From an uncultured Chlamydiales bacterium (GTDB lineage: Bacteria > Chlamydiota > Chlamydiia > Chlamydiales > Rhabdochlamydiaceae), in contig OY969554.1 of assembly GCA_963700985.1 (NCBI GenBank), forward strand, positions 1,824,001 through 1,888,000: a DNA stretch of 64,000 nt, in the 5' to 3' direction. A program made the position numbers and the translations under genes. The notes below the pieces were generated by a model. That model ran no database searches. It was not told the origin of the DNA and saw nothing but the letters and a program-made list of their open reading frames with translations. Shown piece by piece: positions 32,982-41,500 of this stretch. How positions within the stretch are numbered: position 1 is the stretch's first letter; each line of letters begins with the position of its first letter.

Positions 32982-33226
32982 TACCCTCCTGCAACAGGGG
33001 GGATTAGTAAGACGGTGTCTCCCTCATTCAGCGAGGTCTCCCAAGAGGAAATTTTAGAGTTGACCGATGCCTTGACTTGCGACTCTAAGAGCTTAAAGGC
33101 ATGACGCTGTTTAAGCTCTTGATAGAGTTCGCGAACCGTTGCTACCTCAGACTCAACAACCTCTTCAGCAAGGCCTCTTTCTTGTCTGAGCAAGGCGTAA
33201 TAACCCACGCGAATTTTCTTTTTCAT
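32981..33226 (-). CDS. MoaD/ThiS-family sulfur carrier protein
   Basis: 81 aa beta-grasp size; ends LNEGDTVLLIPPVAGG (C-terminal Gly-Gly); stop overlaps the moeB start. Confidence 0.92.
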   Translation of the reverse strand: MKKKIRVGYYALLRQERGLAEEVVESEVATVRELYQELKQRHAFKLLESQVKASVNSKISSWETSLNEGDTVLLIPPVAGG

Positions 33227-33268
33227 AGCGCTTCTGTAATTATCGTTTATCTTTGCAGAAAACCTCGA

Positions 33269-33547
33269 CTAAGGCTGCAGTGATAGGTATGCTAAGCTAG
33301 CTCCTGCGGCAGCCACCTGTTTCAACTCTGCTTCATTTAACTCATTTACGTTCTTAGGAGCAGCCGGCAGCACAAAAGTAAAATGACCGGCGTCATCTTG
33401 CTGGATACGCACCTCAATATTAGCAGGAACGTCGAAGCCCATTTCTTTTAGAGTCTCTTTGGGCTTAGCAATGAGTTTTTTGCGGAAAGCTGGATCTTTC
33501 CAAGCTTTAGCAATGATTTTAGCTTTCAGATCTTCATTTTTTGCCAT
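33269..33547 (-). CDS. NHLP-family RiPP precursor 7 (tail ...VAAAG-ASLAYLSLQP)
   Basis: Same NHLP leader; GGAG RBS; first gene of the minus-strand operon. Confidence 0.92.
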   Translation of the reverse strand: MAKNEDLKAKIIAKAWKDPAFRKKLIAKPKETLKEMGFDVPANIEVRIQQDDAGHFTFVLPAAPKNVNELNEAELKQVAAAGASLAYLSLQP

Positions 33548-33579
33548 ACTAATTCTCCATTTTGTAATCGTGCATTTAG

Positions 33580-33604
33580 ATTGACAGTTAAGCTATTTGT
33601 CAAT
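33580..33604. promoter_or_regulatory. Palindrome ATTGACA-N11-TGTCAAT in the divergent precursor/lanM intergenic region
   Basis: Two opposed TTGACA hexamers; -10 boxes not clearly identifiable. Confidence 0.4.
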
Positions 33605-33642
33605 TTCTATACAGATATTTCTAAAACAGGATAGGTTCAGAG

Positions 33643-36495
33643 ATGTGGCACGAGCTTTTTTTGGACGAAAATGTATCTGGTGAAATACCCCGTGAAGTTT
33701 CTGCTCTGCCCTTTGGAATGGTGGTTTGGCCTTGGGCAGTTGCCATCAGAAGGCAGCTACGCTCTTCGGAAAGCTTATCTAGCATTGCATATGACCAACT
33801 TCAGTTCGCTCTTGCGCAAGATTTAAGCCTATTATGTGCGCCTGCAATGACTATGGAACTTGGGCTCGCGCGTTTAACAGGTCGATTGGAGGGTGAAACT
33901 CCCGAGGAGCGGTTCCAGAATTTCGCACGCCAGAGATTAATGCAAAAAGAGGGCCTGGAAGAATTTTTTGCTGAATATGGCGAGCTTAGGAAATATGTCG
34001 AGTTGGCTGTGCATTTCTGGATTGAGCATGTAAATGAACTGATAGAGCACTTAGAGCAAGACTTGCCTCTACTTCAAGAAAAATTTGGGAAGGGCACTCT
34101 GCTTGGGCAGGTAAGTGAGATAGTTTGTGGCGTTGGAGATAAGCATCAAGAGGGAAGAGAGGTCTTTATTTTGCACTTTGCTGGTGGGCAGAAGTGTATT
34201 TATAAACCCAAAGATCTAAAGATTGTCGCCGCATTTCAAAACCTGCTTGAAATCGCTAATTCGCTAAACCCTTCTATTAAGCTCAAAAATTATCTCGTGT
34301 TGCCGCGAGGAGAGTATGGATGGGAGGAATATGTCCCCGCTTTTGCTTGTCTTAATCAAGCCGAGGTAGAGCGTTATTTTACGCGGTCGGGCATGCTGCT
34401 TTGTCTCTTCTATTTGGCTGGCGGATCAGATGCGCATTTTGAAAATCTAATTGCATCTGGTGAAAATCCCATGCTGATCGATTGTGAAACACTTTTTTTC
34501 GCTAGGATTGCTTATTCCTATTCTCATGGCTCAATACAAAAGCCAAGTGTTTTGAACACAGGTATGCTTCCATTTTTGTACGTAGGTAAGCTCGGGAAAA
34601 AAGGCATAGATATGAGCGCGCTAGGATCGGAATCAGATCAAGTGATTCCGAATCTCTTGCCATATTGGGCTAATATGAATACCGATGAGATGCAGCTCAA
34701 TTATCAAAGTAGTGTTTTGGAAACGAGTAAACAGCAGGTGTTTTTAGCAGGCAAGCCGATTGCTGCTAAAGAATATGTTGAACAGATCGTTCAAGGCTTC
34801 AATGAGATGTACAGTTTGATCGGTAGCAGCAAAGCAGTGATAAGTGCATGGATTGAGGAAGCAGCTGAGCATCCTGTCAGATTCATTGCAAAACCTACCT
34901 TCGTTTATTTTCTGCTGCTGCGAAACTTGCGTCAGCCTCAGGCGCTTTTGCATGTGGAGGAGCGCCAAAAAATCCTCGCTCACCTAGATGAGCTTCTTCA
35001 AGATCAGGAGCGATTCAAGGCGATTCGAAAAGAGGAGGAAAGGGCTCTTTTTAGAGGTGATATTCCTATGTTCCACTCCTTTCCCAAGAAAACTGATCTC
35101 TTCTGCGGCAGCAAACTTATTCTTGAGAATTGCCTGAGCGGCAGCGCTTATGATGCAGTAAAAAAACTGCTTGATCAATGGGGCGAAAAAGACCGGCAGC
35201 TGCAAGCGCGCTTCATACGCGATGCTTTTCTTGTAAAAGAGTTAGCCGTGCATGAGGAGGCAGAGCTGCCTGTTTCTGACGCGCCTTTGATTGTTAATAA
35301 AAATGAAATTTGGGAGAGCATTCTTGCCATTGCTCATGATTTGAAGAAGCGGGCGATTGTCTCAGAAGATGGCTCGCTTAATTGGGTTGGCTTTGAGCCA
35401 AATGCTTTAAGCGATCAATATACGCTTCAGCCGCTCAGTGAAAATCTTTACTCAGGAAAGATTGGCATCGCTCTTTTTTTTGCAGCTTTGGCGGCTGCAG
35501 GTCATCCTCAGTGGGAAGAGGAAGCCCTTAATACTTTAAAGGGGATAAGGCAAATTTTAGCGCAGGAAAAAGAAGCTATTAATCAATTTGCTGGGCTTGG
35601 CGTAGGCGCTATGTCGGGAGCCAGCGGAATTGCTTATGTGCTTTTGTCGGTGGGCCAGATGTTAGACCTGCCCGAGCTTATCGAAGAAGCGCATAGATTT
35701 CTGCTGCTGCTTGATTCTGAAATTATCGAAAAAGATACATTCAATGACGTGATTGGAGGGAGTGCGGGTTTAATTCTCGTTTTACTAGCTGTGTATCGAA
35801 AGGTTTTAGATCCCAAATTGTTAACACTTGCCAGCACGGCAGCGGATAGTTTGTGTAAAAAAGTCGTTGCTATTGAACAGGGAATGGCCTGGCTAAACAA
35901 CAATACCCCAGAGGCACTTCTTGGGTTTTCGCATGGCACTGCCGGATGCGCCTATGCTTTGCTTAAGCTTGCAGAATATGTTCCAAATCCCCAATACCAG
36001 AAAGTTGCAGCGGGAGCTTTAGCTTATGAGCGCAGTTTATTTTCTAAAGATAAGCAAAATTGGCCTCACTTCACACCCATTGGTACAAAAGAAACCGTGG
36101 GCTGGTGTCATGGAGCTACCGGGATTGGACTGAGTCGCCTGGCGCTCAGCAAGATAATGCGGAATTCGAGCATCGAGGAGGAGATCCAAGTTGCGCTTGC
36201 CACCACATTGCGTGAAGCTGAAACACACTTTTCGTGCAATCTATGCTGTGGTTCTCTTGGCCACCTCGAATTTCTCCAAGAAGCCGCAAAAATCCATCCA
36301 CATCCTTTATTGAATGAGGCCATCGAGAAATTGGTCTCAAGAACCGTTGCGCACCATAAGAGAATCAGCAAAAATGGAACCGACGGTGGATTTCATGTGC
36401 CTAGTTTCATGAAAGGCGCAGCAGGTGTTGGCTATACGCTACTACGCCATCTTCATCCCGAAAAAAACTTCCCTCAAGCTCTCCTCCTCACATAA
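33643..36495 (+). CDS. lanM: Class II lanthipeptide synthetase LanM (ProcM-like CCG cyclase motif)
   Basis: Dehydratase motifs GDKH, YKPK, YGWEEYV, DAHFENLIA, IDCETLF, RFIAKPT; cyclase motifs LYSGKIG, GFSHGTAG, GWCHG, LCCG, FMKGAAG. Confidence 0.93.
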   Translation: MWHELFLDENVSGEIPREVSALPFGMVVWPWAVAIRRQLRSSESLSSIAYDQLQFALAQDLSLLCAPAMTMELGLARLTGRLEGETPEERFQNFARQRLMQKEGLEEFFAEYGELRKYVELAVHFWIEHVNELIEHLEQDLPLLQEKFGKGTLLGQVSEIVCGVGDKHQEGREVFILHFAGGQKCIYKPKDLKIVAAFQNLLEIANSLNPSIKLKNYLVLPRGEYGWEEYVPAFACLNQAEVERYFTRSGMLLCLFYLAGGSDAHFENLIASGENPMLIDCETLFFARIAYSYSHGSIQKPSVLNTGMLPFLYVGKLGKKGIDMSALGSESDQVIPNLLPYWANMNTDEMQLNYQSSVLETSKQQVFLAGKPIAAKEYVEQIVQGFNEMYSLIGSSKAVISAWIEEAAEHPVRFIAKPTFVYFLLLRNLRQPQALLHVEERQKILAHLDELLQDQERFKAIRKEEERALFRGDIPMFHSFPKKTDLFCGSKLILENCLSGSAYDAVKKLLDQWGEKDRQLQARFIRDAFLVKELAVHEEAELPVSDAPLIVNKNEIWESILAIAHDLKKRAIVSEDGSLNWVGFEPNALSDQYTLQPLSENLYSGKIGIALFFAALAAAGHPQWEEEALNTLKGIRQILAQEKEAINQFAGLGVGAMSGASGIAYVLLSVGQMLDLPELIEEAHRFLLLLDSEIIEKDTFNDVIGGSAGLILVLLAVYRKVLDPKLLTLASTAADSLCKKVVAIEQGMAWLNNNTPEALLGFSHGTAGCAYALLKLAEYVPNPQYQKVAAGALAYERSLFSKDKQNWPHFTPIGTKETVGWCHGATGIGLSRLALSKIMRNSSIEEEIQVALATTLREAETHFSCNLCCGSLGHLEFLQEAAKIHPHPLLNEAIEKLVSRTVAHHKRISKNGTDGGFHVPSFMKGAAGVGYTLLRHLHPEKNFPQALLLT

Positions 36496-36675
36496 AGATG
36501 GAAGATGAGGTTCTTCAGGAGACACCCAAAGCAACCTAAAAAGATCTCCAGAGAATTTATTGGGACAGGCTCTGGGAAATCCCAGTCTTTCGGTTGTTAA
36601 AATTCTCCCTATTTAGCTAATGTCACTTAAAGAGGATAGAAACCCTAAGGCACGTGTTTAGCAGAGAATAAATGG

Positions 36676-37344
36676 ATGATTATCACATCTCGATCTCACA
36701 ATTTATCTTTGCCTGAGCTAAGGGGAGCACTCTTTTATATAATTGAATTGCAGAAAATTCAAGATACAGAAATCGAACAGGCAAAAGCATATCTTGACAG
36801 TGCAACGCTAGATCGAGCTCAGAAATTCATATTTGATGAAGATCGAAAGAGGAGACTTCTTGTTCATGCTATTTTGAGGTTTCATCTTGAAAAACTAATA
36901 AAGCAAAAAGCTTCCTCGATTAAGATTTTACGTGATGGTATTGGCAAACCTTATCTCGAAGGGCACCCGATTCATTTTAATCTTTCTTATTCCGACCAGT
37001 ATGCTTTTCTAGCATTTCATCCTCATTCTCCCATCGGAGTAGACATCGAACGAATTCAAGATGGTTTGCCTTTTCTAAGAATTGCCGATCTATTCATGCA
37101 TCCTTCTGAAAAGCGACAAATGAATGAAAATAAAAACCCTCGCGACTATTTTTTTACCTTATGGTGTGCCAAAGAAGCTCTTCTCAAAGCTAAGGGGCTT
37201 AATTTTGATGGGTTACGCTATTTACAGCTAGAAAACGCATCTTCATCTCACGATGTCGAGCACTTTTTCTCAATGGATTTTGAAGTTTACGTCTATAAAA
37301 ATAGGGTTATGAGCCATAGAATGGCTACATGTCATGCTTTATGA
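36676..37344 (+). CDS. Sfp-type 4'-phosphopantetheinyl transferase
   Basis: GKPYL, HFNLSYS, IGVDIE, LWCAKEALLKAKG. Confidence 0.9.
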   Translation: MIITSRSHNLSLPELRGALFYIIELQKIQDTEIEQAKAYLDSATLDRAQKFIFDEDRKRRLLVHAILRFHLEKLIKQKASSIKILRDGIGKPYLEGHPIHFNLSYSDQYAFLAFHPHSPIGVDIERIQDGLPFLRIADLFMHPSEKRQMNENKNPRDYFFTLWCAKEALLKAKGLNFDGLRYLQLENASSSHDVEHFFSMDFEVYVYKNRVMSHRMATCHAL

Positions 37345-38526
37345 AGGCTCCCTTTCTATTGCTATAGCAATAGCCTCCCCTCCGCCAAGACATGTTACTG
37401 CGATGCCGCGCCGCATGTTTTTTTGTTTCAGGGCATATAATAATGTCACCAAAATTCTAGCTCCTGAAGCCCCAATAGGATGACCTAACACTATAGAACC
37501 ACCGTTAATATTGACTTTATCATTTGAAATATTTAGTTCTTTTATAACGGCGAGTATTGCTACTGCAAATGCTTCATTGATTTCAAATAAATCCACTTCG
37601 TCTTTTTCCCAACCAACCTTCTTGAGCAAGCCGTTGATAGCTCCAATGGGGGCTGTTGTAAACCACGACGGCTGGTGTGCATACGTATAATGGCCGATGA
37701 TTTTTCCTAAAAAATTGAGGCTTCTTTTTTCCGCTTCAGCTTGGTCCATTAATAGTAGCGCTGCAGCTCCATCTGCAAGTGAACTGGAATTAGCTGCTGT
37801 TATGGTGCCCTCTTTGATAAAAGCAGGAGGTAGAGTAGCTATTTTGGAGGGAATTACTTTTTTAAGTCCTTCATCGGTGTGTACGGAAATTTTTTCATTT
37901 AAATCATTTTCAATCGTAATCGGTACTATTTCTTCTAAGACTTCTCCTTTTTGACTCCGTTCAGCTCGTATAGCTGTTTCCAAGGCATAGGCATCTTGCG
38001 CTTCACGGGAGATATGATATTTTGTTGCACATTGTTCTGCCAGATGTCCCATCGACTTACCTTTATCATAAGCATCTTCTAATCCATCTCGCATCATATG
38101 GCTAAAAATTTCTGGCCGCGATGAAGTCGAGCCTGGTCGAGGGGCTATCATTAAATTAGGCGCTCGGCTCATATTTTCCATTCCACCAGCAATGACTATT
38201 TTGTAAGAACCTGCCAGAATTTCGTCATGAGCAATAAGAACGGCTTTCAGTCCAGATCCACAGACTTTATTTATTGTCGTGCAAGGAACGCAATTGGGAA
38301 TGCCACCGGCAATCGCTGCTTGCCTTGCAGGTCCCTGACCCAAACCCGCTGTTAAAACGCAACCCATCAAGACTTCTTCAACATCATTGGGATTTATATT
38401 TGCTCGAGAAATGGCAGCTTGGATCGCTATGCTGCCTAATACAGTAGCCGGCATATTTTTAAAGTAACCGTGTAAACTGCCGATTGGTGTGCGAGCCGCG
38501 CTAACGATAACTATTTTTGTTTTCAT
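37339..38526 (-). CDS. Thiolase (acetyl-CoA C-acyltransferase)
   Basis: INKVCGSGL, GGMENMS, NEAFA, GHPIGASG, CLGGG; catalytic residues intact. Confidence 0.94.
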   Translation of the reverse strand: MKTKIVIVSAARTPIGSLHGYFKNMPATVLGSIAIQAAISRANINPNDVEEVLMGCVLTAGLGQGPARQAAIAGGIPNCVPCTTINKVCGSGLKAVLIAHDEILAGSYKIVIAGGMENMSRAPNLMIAPRPGSTSSRPEIFSHMMRDGLEDAYDKGKSMGHLAEQCATKYHISREAQDAYALETAIRAERSQKGEVLEEIVPITIENDLNEKISVHTDEGLKKVIPSKIATLPPAFIKEGTITAANSSSLADGAAALLLMDQAEAEKRSLNFLGKIIGHYTYAHQPSWFTTAPIGAINGLLKKVGWEKDEVDLFEINEAFAVAILAVIKELNISNDKVNINGGSIVLGHPIGASGARILVTLLYALKQKNMRRGIAVTCLGGGEAIAIAIEREPS

Positions 38527-38550
38527 ACACTATTGGAAGGGGGTTGATCC

Positions 38551-41500
38551 TTAAGAGCTCTCATTTAAAAGAGGTGATATTTCGTCTGCAAATTTGGTAA
38601 GTAAGGAATAGTGATTGCCTGATATTTTTTCCACTTGAATGCCTCCCTCAGTATATGGAGACCACATAGTGCGGGCTTCATTTTTTGGTATTTTTTTTAT
38701 GTCGCCAATAGATTCTGAGGCTACTAAAACAAGAAGAGGGCTCTTTATGATATTAGGCAAATGCTCCTTAAGAGATCTCGCATTTAGCTGAACTTGGTAG
38801 ATCCATTGTTTGATTTGATCGATCCCCATCTCTTCATGGATCACTTTTGCTTCTTTAGCCTTACTTAAAAGAAGATGAATTTGTTCGTCTAAGGATAAAG
38901 GCTCTAATTCTTCTTGAGAGATATTTAAGACTATACCGTAACGAGAGGCGACATCTAAGGCAAATTGAGTCAAAACCCAAGCGGAATTATCAAAAGGATA
39001 AAGTTTTTTGCCCAGCCATAAGCTACTATCAATTAAAACAACACGGGCAACATTTTCACCCGCCTTTTCCAATTGGTAAGCCATTTCGTGGGCAATCACT
39101 CCTCCCATGGACCAACCGATAAGTGTATAAGGACCTTTAGGTTGTACTTGTTGCATTGCCCGAATGTAAGTGGCGGCCATCTGTTTTATGGATTCATGCT
39201 TATCGAATATGAAGATCTGTTGAATCCCATAAAAAGGTTGGTTTTTCCCTAAAGAACGACTTAAATCTATGTACCAATACGCATTTCCTCCAATAGGATG
39301 AACGGCAAAATAGGGTGTGTTGCTGCCCTTAGTTTGAATAGATACTATGTGTGATGCTAAGAAATTTTCGTTAGGTTGTTGAATGACTTCCGATAATGCA
39401 GAGATAGTTGGATTTTCAAAAACAATACTGAGAGGAACTTCTATTTGAAACTCATTTTTTATTCGAGATAGCATTTGAATAGCTAATAGGGAGTGTCCTC
39501 CAATATTAAAGAAACTGTCATTGATGCCAAATTCATCTGTTTTTAAAATATCGGACCAAATTTTTGCCAATTGTTTTTCAATTTTAGTTTTAGGCGGTTG
39601 ATGTTGTTTTTGTGTTACTTTATCTTTATGCAGTTCACCTAGTTTTTTCTTGTCTACCTTATTATTAATAGTAAGCGGAACAGTTTCGATAGGGATATAT
39701 ATCTGTGGCAACATGTAATCAGGCAAATGATCTTTTAAAAATTTCCGCAGTTGTGATTCTATTTTTGAAATAGGATTTTGTTCTGGGATGCTTGGGGCCT
39801 GCTTTAATTCATTATCGATGTACCCTCCGAGTATACCACATAAAAATGTTTCATTAGGTGCAATCAATGGTATCGAATGCATTGCTTTACTGCTTATGGC
39901 TGCTAATGGCGAATAGAAACCTATATCGCCTTCTAATCTATTTTCCATGATTTTTTGGATTTGCTCACCGACTTCTCGCAAAACCAATGGATTAGATTCG
40001 CCAATAAAAAAGATTGAAAAGGCAGCTTCATTTAAAAGATCTGCATTAAATCCGTACGCATAAGAATCTAAAACATAAGAAGGGTCTATGATTTCCAGTT
40101 TATTATCTTTCCAAATATATAATCCCTGAATCAAATCATAAAATCGATCGGGCTTTACATAGACAAAAACTTTTGGTGACTTAATGTTTTGAGAGCTTGG
40201 AAAAGTTTTTGAGGAATTGATGTAAAAGACAGATAACAAATGGTGATTTTTATCTAATTTCAATAGATCAAGCCACAGAGCTTCTTCCAAGTCATTTTCA
40301 CCTTCAATACAGCTGTATTTTTTTTCTTCGCAGGCGGATTTTAATAAATGCTGCATGCTGCCCGCCTCCAGTTCACATAATCGCATTGCTAGTGGCCCAT
40401 AAAGTGGGCTAATCGCATTTAGATTGGCAACAAACTCTATTCGTATTTCGTCTACTTGAGTTGGCGTAACTAAAAATAAGCCATGTAAAATTGGATTGTA
40501 GTAATAAACCCCTTCGGCCAGCTTGCAAGGATTCTGTGCAGTTAACCAAACATAAACATTTACAGGGTATAAACGACCGCCGGAAAAATAACGGTAATTC
40601 GGTAAAGCTAGATCTTTAGCGTAGGCTGCGAAAACACTTAACAACTGATCCAGGCCTTCTTCTGTTACGAGGTTGCACCCGACAACTTCTGTATCATCTT
40701 CGATATCGGTTTCTTTGATTGGAATCAGCTCTAGCAATCGAACAAGTTGGCGATGCTTTAACGTCCCTTCAGCAAATTTGCGATAGCGCTTTTGGTAGAA
40801 ATATTTTTCCTCGAAATTGAGAATATTATCTAGAGAACCTATCGGATACATCTTTGTATTAGATGGGAATTGTCTTATGCCTATTTGTTTAAGCCTAAAC
40901 GCATTTTTCTTTTGGAAGTCTCGAATTACTGCTTGACCCAACATTTCGTCTTCTTCTTTAATTCCCTTTGGCAATATATAAGCAACTAATTGACGATATG
41001 CTCCTTCACCAACAGCGTCAACAATGGCTTGTTCAACTGAAGGATTCCGAGATAACTGGTATTCAACTTCCCCTAACTCAACGCGGTGTCCGCTTATCTT
41101 TACCTGAAAATCATCTCTTCCTAGAAATTCGATATTTCCACTAGGCAGATACCGACCTAAATCCCCAGTATTATATAGCCGTTCTTGAGTTAGTGGATGG
41201 AAAATAAAACTGTCTCGAGTCATCTTTTCATCTTTCCAATACCCCTGAGCTAAACCTGAGCCGCCAATATATAATTTCCCTATAACCCAAGATGGTCTTA
41301 CTTCAAGGTTATCATCAAACACCCAAATTTGCTGATTGGATAGCGGCTTGCCGTAAGGGATGCTTTTCCAAGAGTCTTCAATTCGCTTTATAGGATAGTA
41401 AACAGACCAAATTGATGCTTCCGTAGCACCGCCCAAGCTAATGATTTCTATGGGAGAACTGCTTAGTTCATGAATTTTTGGAACGAGTTCCAAAGGAATC

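Noticed and set aside
31923-33226. Molybdopterin or thiamine biosynthesis operon
   Set aside because: No moaA/moaC/moaE/thiG nearby; genes are embedded among RiPP precursors
29930-33547. CRISPR-like or DGR-like interpretation of the ~300-nt repeats
   Set aside because: Repeats are protein-coding NHLP leaders; no cas genes, no reverse transcriptase, and variation is not adenine-specific
29930-33547. Nitrile hydratase alpha subunits
   Set aside because: Only 91-93 aa, no CxxCSC metal-binding motif and no beta subunit
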